Positions 1 to 8,549 of a stretch of 64,000 nucleotides of DNA are shown here, piece after piece (position 1 is the first letter of the stretch; each line of letters opens with the position of its first letter). The translations under genes were made by a program, and so were the position numbers. Origin of the DNA: Candidatus Latescibacterota bacterium (GTDB lineage Bacteria; Latescibacterota; UBA2968; UBA8231); the NCBI GenBank assembly GCA_965197905.1, contig CBDAOB010000005.1, forward strand, positions 1,120,001 to 1,184,000. The letters are read 5' to 3'. The notes below the pieces were generated by a model. The model worked only from the letters and a program-made list of their open reading frames with translations, did no database searches and was not told the origin of the DNA.

Positions 1-384
1 GACAATTACGACAGGAACTTCACCGATCAATGGCAGACCCAGGTGATGCGCGAGGCACAAAGGGTCGAGGGACTCCAGCTCCCGAGCGAGCGCAAGGGTC
101 TTGTCGATCTCTACGATTGTACGCCCGACTGGATCCCGATCTACGACAAGTCGAGCCTACCCGGCTTCTATATGGCCGTTGGTACATCGGGCAATCAATT
201 CAAGAACGCGCCGGTGGTCGGGTTGCTGATGTCCGAGCTGATCGACAAGGTCGAGGCGGGGCAGGATCACGACCGGGACCCGGTTACCTTTGAAATGAAG
301 TACATCGGTCGCACCTGCGATATCGGCTTCTTCAGGCGATCGCGCGAAAACAACCCCGACTCCTCGTTCTCCGTCATCGGCTGA
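1..384 (+). CDS. FAD-dependent oxidoreductase, DAO/sarcosine oxidase beta-like, C-terminal part (5' truncated by window edge)
   Basis: Frame open from base 1; C-terminal motifs LYDCTPDWIPIYD and GTSGNQFKNAPVVG are typical of DAO-family flavoproteins. Confidence 0.75.
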   Translation, partial: DNYDRNFTDQWQTQVMREAQRVEGLQLPSERKGLVDLYDCTPDWIPIYDKSSLPGFYMAVGTSGNQFKNAPVVGLLMSELIDKVEAGQDHDRDPVTFEMKYIGRTCDIGFFRRSRENNPDSSFSVIG

Positions 385-461
385 GCCCGGCGCCGCGACT
401 TCTGAATTCCGATATGAACAGACATTCCCGGACTGTGCGCGACTGGATGATTGGTTGAACA

Positions 462-1364
462 ATGGGCAACAGGTGGACGCGTGTATTAGCGCTCGATGAA
501 AATCGGCAGATCGCGTCGGGCAGCACCGACGCACTGAACGATGCAATTCGGCGAGGCGCCGATCTGCACGTTGTCACTCGTTACAGGCACGCCGAACATG
601 TCGACGCCGGCGCTAGTGAGAATGAGGTCGTCGATGAAAACATGGATTTCCGTGTCACCTGCTTGATCGATGATCGCTGGAGCGCTGGATTTACCACGGC
701 GCGCGTCCCGGTCGTGCCGCCTGACGGCTTCGGACCGCGACCTTCACTCTCTCTCTTCCTGTACAACCAGGACGGCCTACAAGCTCTGGCACGTCCCTTC
801 CTCGATGGGCAATCGGCCTCCGGCGATCCCGCAGTCGCCGACATGCCCGACGGTGTTGACGTGCCAAGGTATCAGGCAATCGACAGCTACGACGCAGATA
901 CGCTGGCGCCGATCCGCACCTTTATCTACGACTTCGATTTCTTTAATTACCTGGTGCGGGATGCCTGGCGCGAGATTGCAGTGCACGAGGCAGGGACACC
1001 GGCACCGCCCGCAGCGGTTGCCGAGTTAGGAGAGGCGTTTACCAGCGGTTCCGACGTCAAGGTCGGTATCAGCGGATTGAACGACGATCTGGCAAGCGGA
1101 ACACCACTGCCGCACGAAGTATTCGTGCACGTCGATCATCTCTATCACTACAAAGGCTCCGGCTTGCTTATTGCGGCCACCCAACCAGTCGTGCGCACCC
1201 CACCCGCGATTCCGGTAGTCTACCACAGCGGCGCCTGGGACTTTGGTTGGCTGATGGCGCGCAGCGACGGGAACGTCGACCGATGGCTTTGCGATCCGCT
1301 CACGCAGAAATTTGCGAAGAGTAGAACGACAAACCAGATTCGCTGGTTCGTCTACGAAGGGTAG
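462..1364 (+). CDS. Hypothetical protein (300 aa) with an apparent two-fold internal repeat
   Basis: Long ORF with protein-like composition; no family recognised. Confidence 0.7.
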   Translation: MGNRWTRVLALDENRQIASGSTDALNDAIRRGADLHVVTRYRHAEHVDAGASENEVVDENMDFRVTCLIDDRWSAGFTTARVPVVPPDGFGPRPSLSLFLYNQDGLQALARPFLDGQSASGDPAVADMPDGVDVPRYQAIDSYDADTLAPIRTFIYDFDFFNYLVRDAWREIAVHEAGTPAPPAAVAELGEAFTSGSDVKVGISGLNDDLASGTPLPHEVFVHVDHLYHYKGSGLLIAATQPVVRTPPAIPVVYHSGAWDFGWLMARSDGNVDRWLCDPLTQKFAKSRTTNQIRWFVYEG

Positions 1365-1530
1365 CGGCTGCCTCCAACTTTCCCCACTCTCACACACTTG
1401 CCGCAGCTGACGATAATGGCGTTTATTCGCCGTATCCTCCACGATCTCGGGGGTAAGGTGCAGAACCAGAAGGAGGGCCGCTTGCCGCTGAAGGGTTCAA
1501 CCAACGAGAACGACAGGGAGAAATCACGGA

Positions 1531-3708
1531 ATGTCTGATTACGTAAAGCGAATCGGCTCAACCGCCGAAAGACTGGCTGCAGTGCCGTACGAAAAACGGG
1601 TTTGCCGCGTGGAAGCACACTTCCCCAGCGCTCTCGACCCGGGACAAGCCCACACGGACCTCTCCGTGAAGGACTATGTCGAGCTGATCAGCGACGTCGG
1701 GTTCGAGGTCTGTATCGTCAGCGGTGAGCACAATCGCGGAACCCCACGGTTCCCATCCGAGATGATGACACCCCATCCCAACATCGAAAACGATCTACTC
1801 CCGCGTTTCATCGAACAGGCTCACGCCAAGGGAATCATCGTCCTCACATATTACCCGATCATCTACTGCAAACCGCTCAAGCCGAAACACCCGGAATGGC
1901 TGATGAAAATGCTCGACGATGGACGGCCGCAAGAAGAGAACCTGGGCTGGTTCTGTTTCAACTCGCCCCATCGGGACTGGCTGGCCGATTACCTGAGCGA
2001 CTTCAAGAACCACCTGGATGTGGACGGGTTCTACTTCGACGATACTAACTGGGGGACTCACGAGGGCTATCCGTTCACCCCCGGCTGCCACTGCTCCTAC
2101 TGCGAAGACCTCTTCCGCGCCGATACCGGTTTGGAGATACCGCGCAAGGTGGATTTCGACTCCATGACCTTCAAGCGGTTCGTCTCCTGGCGTTACGAGA
2201 AGGTGATCGATTTCATGCATCACCTCTACGGAGAGATGAGGCGACGGTACCCCGACCTCATCCTTGACATGAATACTTATTTCTGGCCGTCAGGTGACTG
2301 GGCGTTAGGGCACCCGCTGGGTTCCTTCCGTCTGGAGGAGGTCGGCTCCTATTTTTTCGTCGAGACCTTCCGCTCGGCCAGGGAGCCCGGCTTGGTGTCG
2401 AAGATTTTGCAGTCCACCGGCACCCCATTCGGCGTATTTCGCAACGTGACCCAGAGGTTAGAAGGGTTCGGAGCCGCTCCATATATGGAACCTCATACAC
2501 CGGGCATCTTCAGCATGACCTCGATAGCCCACGGCGGCGCGCCCTGCGGCGCGCCCTTCGGGGGACAGACGATCGTCCAGAGGGAACACCAGAGAACCGT
2601 GTTCTCGGACCTGAAGAAGCGGGTCGATTACATGGGGGGAGACAGCTTCAAACATGCGGCGCTGCACTACTCCACCATCAATCGGGACTTCCGTCCCTCC
2701 GAACGTGCCAAGAACACCTTCAAAACCCAGGCCTGGGAAATCGGCATGCACGACGCATATGGAGCGTACGAGATCCTGAACCGCTCTCACGTGGTCCTGG
2801 ACATCGCCCTCGACGAACATCTGAATCCGAAGCGATTGACCCAGTACTCAGTGCTCTTTCTGTCGAACAGCGCCTGTTTGGGTGACGACCACTGCGACGC
2901 GATTCGTGGTTTTGTCGCCGCCGGTGGCACCCTGGTGGCGACGTTTCAGACCTCGCTGTTGGACGAGTGGGGGGAGGACCGGGGGCAGTTCGCGCTCGCC
3001 GATCTCTTTGGGGTGACCTACGAGGGGCTCCGCGCCAATGGTGAGGACCACAACATCATCTACGTACCGCACGATGAGGAGCTGAGCAAACTGGGTTACG
3101 TCATCTGCTGCCATGGAAAAACTGCCGTGATCAAGGTTGGCAGCGAAGTCGAGGTCTTGTGCACGCGAGCCAGTATCGACGGGCTCGAGGGGTTCGACCC
3201 GAAGGGCGACTACGACAGCGGGGAACCAACGGCTGTTTGCCATCGGCACGGCAAGGGTCAGGTGTTCTACCTTGCTGCGGATGTCGGGGGAGCGTTCATG
3301 ACTAGTCCGTATCCACCGTTGCGTCGTTTCGTTGCCGAGCTCGTTGGTCGCGCACCGGCTCCGCTGGTGCTCGAGGGACCAGAAGCAGTCGAAATGAACG
3401 CCGCATGGAAGGAACCCGGGCAGTTGATGGTTCACCTGGTGAACAATCCCATGCCGCTGGTGCCGTGGCGCATCGATTCAGCAGTGCATCCCGATCACCG
3501 GTCATACGAAGAGGAGCGCACTACGTTTCACTACACCCCCGAGCTCTATCCGGTCCACGATCTGGTGCTGCGCTTTCCCGGACTTAAGGTGGTGTCTGCG
3601 CGGTTGCCGCTGCAGGCGGTCGAGCTGACCGTTTCGGGCGATCCGGCGACGGTGGTGGTGCCAAAACTCGACATGCACGAGGTGGTGCTGGTGGAGGTGG
3701 GCACGTAG
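1531..3708 (+). CDS. Putative glycoside hydrolase (GHL6/GH42-like TIM barrel plus beta-galactosidase trimerization domain)
   Basis: 725 aa; CFNSPHRDW, DGFYFDD, CHCSYC cluster; C-terminal LFLSNSACL...FVAAGGTLVAT...SLLDEWG trimerization-type segment; GGGAG RBS upstream. Confidence 0.7.
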   Translation: MSDYVKRIGSTAERLAAVPYEKRVCRVEAHFPSALDPGQAHTDLSVKDYVELISDVGFEVCIVSGEHNRGTPRFPSEMMTPHPNIENDLLPRFIEQAHAKGIIVLTYYPIIYCKPLKPKHPEWLMKMLDDGRPQEENLGWFCFNSPHRDWLADYLSDFKNHLDVDGFYFDDTNWGTHEGYPFTPGCHCSYCEDLFRADTGLEIPRKVDFDSMTFKRFVSWRYEKVIDFMHHLYGEMRRRYPDLILDMNTYFWPSGDWALGHPLGSFRLEEVGSYFFVETFRSAREPGLVSKILQSTGTPFGVFRNVTQRLEGFGAAPYMEPHTPGIFSMTSIAHGGAPCGAPFGGQTIVQREHQRTVFSDLKKRVDYMGGDSFKHAALHYSTINRDFRPSERAKNTFKTQAWEIGMHDAYGAYEILNRSHVVLDIALDEHLNPKRLTQYSVLFLSNSACLGDDHCDAIRGFVAAGGTLVATFQTSLLDEWGEDRGQFALADLFGVTYEGLRANGEDHNIIYVPHDEELSKLGYVICCHGKTAVIKVGSEVEVLCTRASIDGLEGFDPKGDYDSGEPTAVCHRHGKGQVFYLAADVGGAFMTSPYPPLRRFVAELVGRAPAPLVLEGPEAVEMNAAWKEPGQLMVHLVNNPMPLVPWRIDSAVHPDHRSYEEERTTFHYTPELYPVHDLVLRFPGLKVVSARLPLQAVELTVSGDPATVVVPKLDMHEVVLVEVGT

Positions 3709-3733
3709 ATCGTCATAATCGAAAGGAGAACAA

Positions 3734-4171
3734 ATGGTTTCAGTGGGTGACAAAGCCCCGGAGTTTTCGATCAAGGACCACACGGGGAGGGAAGTGAGTC
3801 TCGGCGACTATCCCGGTAAAACCGTGGTACTCTGGTTTTACCCCCGCGCCAGCACCGGTGGGTGAACGGCCGAAGGCATCGGATTCCGTGATCGAATCCA
3901 AGCATATGAAGCGAAGAACGTCCAGATTCTCGGCGTCAGCACGGACAGTGTGGAAGCAAACGCCAAGTTCGCCGAAAATCAGGAGTTTTCTTACCCGTTG
4001 CTGTGCGACACCGAACGTGCGGTCTGCACGGCGTACGGAGCCTGCGGCAGCCCGTCTGACAAGTCTGCCAACCGCCATACCTACGTAATCGGACCTGACG
4101 GTTTGATTGCCCAGGTTTACGACAAGGTGAATGCCCGAAAACATCCTGAGCAGCTGCTCGCTTCGCTGTAG
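3734..4171 (+). CDS. bcp: Selenocysteine-containing peroxiredoxin, BCP/PrxQ type (145 aa, U44)
   Basis: Manual translation MVSVGDKAPEFSIKDHTGREVSLGDYPGKTVVLWFYPRASTGG-U-TAEGIGFRD...ILGVSTD...YPLLCD...RHTYVIGPDG; in-frame TGA at 3863-3865 occupies the PxxxTxxC peroxidatic Cys; AAAGGAG RBS at 3722-3728. Confidence 0.9.
3881..3899 (+). promoter_or_regulatory. Putative bacterial SECIS element
   Basis: Perfect 6-bp stem GGATTC/GAATCC with loop CGTGATC; stem starts 15 nt and loop 21 nt after the UGA; G followed by U near the 5' side of the apical loop. Confidence 0.7.
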
Positions 4172-4698
4172 GTTACGGCGCAACCCCCGATCGGCAGTCC
4201 CACCATGCCCGAGGTTGCCCAGAACCGGTCAAGAGGCAGCTCGAATACGACCCCAAGTACAATGGTCGCCGTAGTTGGACTGGGTGGTAAAGGCGGAAGT
4301 AAAGCGCTGGGCACCACGTGTGTTGCAGTCATCTCTGGGTTATACTTTTCTAGACACTCTGAATGGGAGAATGCCCAAGTGAACTCGCACCACTTCAAAC
4401 CTTCCATGTTCCTCGTCGAGCCCACGACGTCCTTCGAGAGGCGCTGGACCTCGCCAGCCGAGGTCGGTACCGAGTACCTGTGGGGGACGGAGGCTATGCG
4501 TACGAATGTGGCGAACGTCAAGCTCGTGCGCCAAGTGGAGTCCGAAGTGTCGGACTGAAGACGCCTTGGCGACGCGAACGACCGATCTTTCGCGCGTCCT
4601 TCTTGACCCGTCTAGCAATTTAATTTCCTAAGAGTGCGACCAATCGTTCCGAATCACTGATTCCAGCTCGGCTTGATCGGGCACCGAGACTAGCCATC

Positions 4699-5454
4699 AT
4701 GACAAAGCAGATCAACCTCCTCAGTGACGCGGAGTGGCCCGAAGCCGGATTCCACTTCGAGCTCCCGATTCGTCGGGAAGCTACCGCTCTTATTGTGATC
4801 GACGTGCAGGGTTACGTGATTGATACGGACGGGCACCTGGCGCACACGGTGCAGCGGCACAGTCCAGAGCTTCAAGCGGCATTCCTCGAGCGCGCGGAGA
4901 CTATGATTTCGAACATCGAGAGGCTTCTGAAAGTTTTCCGAGAAAACGACAAACGCGTTTTCTTCACCCGTCACGGAGCACAAACTCGCGATGGCGCCGA
5001 TCTCATCGTGCGCCGACGAGGCCGCGAGGAAGTGGCACTCGCTTCCACGGAAGAAGAGTCAGGTCATATGGCTGGAACCGGAGACCCAGCCTATGAGATC
5101 GACGCCCGCGTCGCGCCCCTGCCAGACGAGATGGTCCTGGACAAGAACACCAGCAGCGCGTTCCACACAACTCCAATTGACCTGTTTCTGCGCAATATGC
5201 AGGTCGAGACCATCGTGCTGACCGGTGTGGCGTCGGACCAATGTGTGCTGGCTACGGCTATCGACGCAGCCGATCGCGGATTCCACGTCATCATCGCCTC
5301 CGATGCGGTTGCCAACCACGACCCGGGAAGCGCCGAAGCCACGCAGATCCTCTTTGGCCGCGTGTGGGGTTATGTGATGAGTACCGACGACATCATACAG
5401 TGGATTAGAACGGGAGAAAAACCCAGGAACACGCGCGTCCCGGTGACGGCATGA
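4699..5454 (+). CDS. Isochorismatase-family cysteine hydrolase
   Basis: ALIVIDVQ, K-N-T-S-S-A-F, LTGVASDQCV (Asp/Lys/Cys triad), AADRGFHVIIASDA. Confidence 0.85.
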   Translation: MTKQINLLSDAEWPEAGFHFELPIRREATALIVIDVQGYVIDTDGHLAHTVQRHSPELQAAFLERAETMISNIERLLKVFRENDKRVFFTRHGAQTRDGADLIVRRRGREEVALASTEEESGHMAGTGDPAYEIDARVAPLPDEMVLDKNTSSAFHTTPIDLFLRNMQVETIVLTGVASDQCVLATAIDAADRGFHVIIASDAVANHDPGSAEATQILFGRVWGYVMSTDDIIQWIRTGEKPRNTRVPVTA

Positions 5455-6593
5455 TCGATCAGTGCAACACGCCGTTGGGGGCGACGTCCCAACTCGTAGA
5501 ACTAACCCGACAACTGATCAATTTCCCGACCGTCAGTCGTTGGAGCAACAGCGCCCTCTCCGACCACCTCGAGGAGTTGCTCAAGCAGTGCGCTTTTGAG
5601 GTTGAGCGGCTGACCTACATCGACGGAAACGGCGAAGTCAAGGTCAGCCTGGTTGCCAAAAAGGGGGATGGTGCCGATGGTCTGGCCTTCTTCTCGCACT
5701 CGGATACGGTGCCTGGCCAGGAGGAGGACTGGGATGCCTTCAATGCGACCGTTGAGCATGGTCGGGTTGTAGGTCGGGGCAGCTGTGATATGAAAGGACC
5801 GCTGGCCGCTACGGTAATCGCGGCGGCCAATGTGGATGTCAATCGCCTGAAACGAGCGGTCTATGTGGTCGTCTGTGCGGACGAAGAAATCAGTGGGCAA
5901 GGCGCGAAGCAAGTTGCGGCGGAATCCGAGTTGTTCAAAGCCGCGCTTCCCAAGTATGGTGTGGTCGCTGAACCAACCTCGCTCGTCCCGGTTTATGCAC
6001 ACAAAGGCGGGGCTCTTATCGAGGTTGTGGCCAGAGGTGAGGCGGCGCACACAAGTACCGACAAGGGCGTCTCTGCCAACTTCCTTATGGTGCCGTTTCT
6101 GGCCGATATGGTTGAACTGGCCAAGCAAGTCAATTCGGACGAGTCGTTCATGGACTCAGAGTTCGGTCCACCCACCTGCGGTTTTAATTTTGTGCTTGAC
6201 GATGGTGGATGCCGGCCCAATGTCACGGCTGCCAAGACCGTGTGCTCGGTTTGTTTTCGGACGATGCCAAACGCCCGCAGCAAAGATGTGCTCACCCGCG
6301 TCACTAGCCGCGCCGCAGATTATGGCTTTGAGGTTCAGTCACAGTTCACTGAACCATTTTACACCTCGCCGACGGCCGAGATCGTTCAGATCGCCTGCCA
6401 GATCACCGATATCGAAGATCCTAAGACCGTCCCCTACGGCACCGATGCCTTCTACCTGAGTGAGTTCGAACTGGTCGTGCTGGGTCCTGGTGACATCGCC
6501 CAGGCCCATACGGTGGGTGAATGGATTGAAATCGACCAGCTTAACCGCGCCGTCGCAGTCTATGAGCAGATGATTCAAGCAGTGTGCATGTGA
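5451..6593 (+). CDS. M20 family deacylase (acetylornithine deacetylase/ArgE-like)
   Basis: SHSDTVP, GRGSCDMKG, ADEE, AEPT, GPGDIAQAHTVGE motifs; ATGA overlap with upstream gene. Confidence 0.85.
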   Translation: MIDQCNTPLGATSQLVELTRQLINFPTVSRWSNSALSDHLEELLKQCAFEVERLTYIDGNGEVKVSLVAKKGDGADGLAFFSHSDTVPGQEEDWDAFNATVEHGRVVGRGSCDMKGPLAATVIAAANVDVNRLKRAVYVVVCADEEISGQGAKQVAAESELFKAALPKYGVVAEPTSLVPVYAHKGGALIEVVARGEAAHTSTDKGVSANFLMVPFLADMVELAKQVNSDESFMDSEFGPPTCGFNFVLDDGGCRPNVTAAKTVCSVCFRTMPNARSKDVLTRVTSRAADYGFEVQSQFTEPFYTSPTAEIVQIACQITDIEDPKTVPYGTDAFYLSEFELVVLGPGDIAQAHTVGEWIEIDQLNRAVAVYEQMIQAVCM

Positions 6594-7047
6594 CCTGCGC
6601 CGACGCCAGGTTGGTCGAGATAGACGATTGCATCGAAGCGGTCGATCGAGCTGGCCGAAATGCCTCGTCTGTGAATCAAATCATGGTAGCTTCGACCGCT
6701 GTGGCGTCCCTGTCCGTTTCCCGCCTTTGGTAGAGCGGTACGTTTTTTCCAGGCGGCGTGATGTTCATGACCGTGTTGCCCTGCCAGCTGACGGTGTATT
6801 TGCGGCCGGCCACCACCTCGGCGCAAACCTCTCCGCGCATTGAATGAAGGACTTCGACCTCCTGCCCCCCTGCGAGCCCGTTCAGCTCGAGAAAGTTGCC
6901 TCGCCACTCGGGGAGTCTGGCAGTGCCGTCAACGGATACGCTCACTCGTCCATCCGCCCAATTCGGCAGGCGCACTCTAAGTTTCGGTGCGTCGTGGATG
7001 AGCAGGCGGAGTTTACCCTCCTGCGGATGGTGGCTGACAACGTCTAG

Positions 7048-8549
7048 GAGTGTGTCCGGGTATTACGCATTTGAGATGAATGAGTCACCGCTGGTTGTGC
7101 TGTAACACGTCGAGTACCCGGTGCATGAGTTTCATCTCGCGAAGAAGGCCCTATTTTGGCTGCGCCTGCGGGCGGAATTCAGCCATCGTGATCAACCAGT
7201 CGCCGATATCGGGCTCCATCCGGAGCGCATTAGCTTAAGAATGTTGTTGGCCATGCATACCAGCGACCATTCGCCCTGCACTTTACGATGACCGCGCAAC
7301 AGAAATTGGCGAAAGCCCAGCGCTTCCTTGATTTGACCGAAAACCGGCTCGGCCGACATCTCTCGTTTTTTGTATTCGGCGCGGCCGCGTTGGGTGCACA
7401 GCTTGCGCAGCATGCGATCCTTGCGACTGAGATCTTTCGGGATCCGGCCCCGAGGCGCCGTCATCTGCCGCCATTGCGAATGCTTGATTCTCTTCGGTGC
7501 CACGAACGGCTCGATGTCGTTGGCTTCCAACAATTCGATATCCGATTCCTTCCAGTAACCAGCATCGGCGCTGACCTTCTTCGGGGCCCGCTCTTGCTCC
7601 AACGTTACCTGCTCGACCAGCGGCAGCAGTTGCCCTTGGTCGGGGGCTGTCTGGCTGACTTGCGCGACGACCACTATCTGCGAGTCCGCGTCCACCGCGG
7701 CCTGGCAGCTGTAGGCCTGGATGAAGGCTTTGTCGCTCGACAGCATGATGCGGCTCTCCGGGTCGGTGAAGTTGCGTTGCGCTTTGGCCTCGGGCTCCTT
7801 CTTGCCCCGGGCCTTGGCTTCGGCCTCCAGCGTCGCCTTGGCCGCCTGGATTTTCTCCAGCCGCCGTTTCGGGTCGGCCAGCTCTTTGGGCAGTTCGTCG
7901 CCCGTCTTGTCGGCGCCATAGAGTGCGTCCTCGGCCGCATCGACCGCGTCGCACTCTTCAAACCACCGACGGATGTCGGCGCGCAGCCGCTCTTCCTCTT
8001 TTTTCATCCGGGTATAACTCATCGCCTTGTGCTTGCCGGCATGCGCTCGCACCTTGGTGCTATCCACCGACAGGTGACCCAGCTTGACCAAACCCGCCTC
8101 GCGGCACAGGGCTACCACTTGCGTGAACAGACCCTGCAAAGCGTCCAGATGACGGGCACGAAAGGCCGCCAGCGTGCGGAAATCCGGCGCCTGACCGGCG
8201 GCCAGTACGCGAAACGCCACATCCTCCTGACAGGCTTGCTGCATCTTCCGCGAACTACGCACGCCGCGCACGTAGCCGTAAACAATCAGCTTCGTCATCA
8301 ACAACGGATGATACGGCGGATACCCACGCTCTTCCTCGTAGCAGGACAGAATAGGCTGCAGGTCCAGCGTCGCCACCAAGTCGTTCACAAAGTAGACCGG
8401 ATGGTCTTCCGGTAGCCATTCTCGAAGCGAAGGCGGCAGCAACAACAGCTGATCAGGGGCGTAAGCACGGAACGTCTTGGACATCTATCCACCTCCGGGT
8501 CATCGTCTGCCCCTAAGATAGGGATCATGACCATTACTCGGACACACTC
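7048..8549 (-). mobile_element. IS1182-family insertion sequence, 1502 bp
   Basis: Terminal inverted repeats GAGTGTGTCCGGGTATT (7048-7064) and GAGTGTGTCCGAGTAAT (reverse complement of 8533-8549), 15/17 identical; flanked by CTAG at 7044-7047 and 8550-8553. Confidence 0.92.
7192..8484 (-). CDS. IS1182-family DDE transposase
   Basis: LLLPPSLREWLPEDH, GYPPYHP, SSRK, PDFRT, VDSTKV, NFTDPESRIM, ADAGY, YKKR...EPVFGQIK...GFRQFLLRG; GGAGG RBS. Confidence 0.95.
   Translation of the reverse strand: MSKTFRAYAPDQLLLLPPSLREWLPEDHPVYFVNDLVATLDLQPILSCYEEERGYPPYHPLLMTKLIVYGYVRGVRSSRKMQQACQEDVAFRVLAAGQAPDFRTLAAFRARHLDALQGLFTQVVALCREAGLVKLGHLSVDSTKVRAHAGKHKAMSYTRMKKEEERLRADIRRWFEECDAVDAAEDALYGADKTGDELPKELADPKRRLEKIQAAKATLEAEAKARGKKEPEAKAQRNFTDPESRIMLSSDKAFIQAYSCQAAVDADSQIVVVAQVSQTAPDQGQLLPLVEQVTLEQERAPKKVSADAGYWKESDIELLEANDIEPFVAPKRIKHSQWRQMTAPRGRIPKDLSRKDRMLRKLCTQRGRAEYKKREMSAEPVFGQIKEALGFRQFLLRGHRKVQGEWSLVCMANNILKLMRSGWSPISATG

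Noticed and set aside
3740..4183. 147-aa minus-strand ORF and 76-aa plus-strand ORF over the peroxiredoxin
   Set aside because: Shadow ORFs with no recognisable motifs; the Sec-Prx frame has an RBS and complete family motifs
7288..8415. 375-aa plus-strand ORF antisense to the transposase
   Set aside because: Typical antisense open frame of a GC-rich gene; no motifs
8500..8549. C-terminal tail GVCPSNGHDPYLRGRR of the 444-aa ORF taken as native sequence
   Set aside because: It is read from the IS end, not from the host gene
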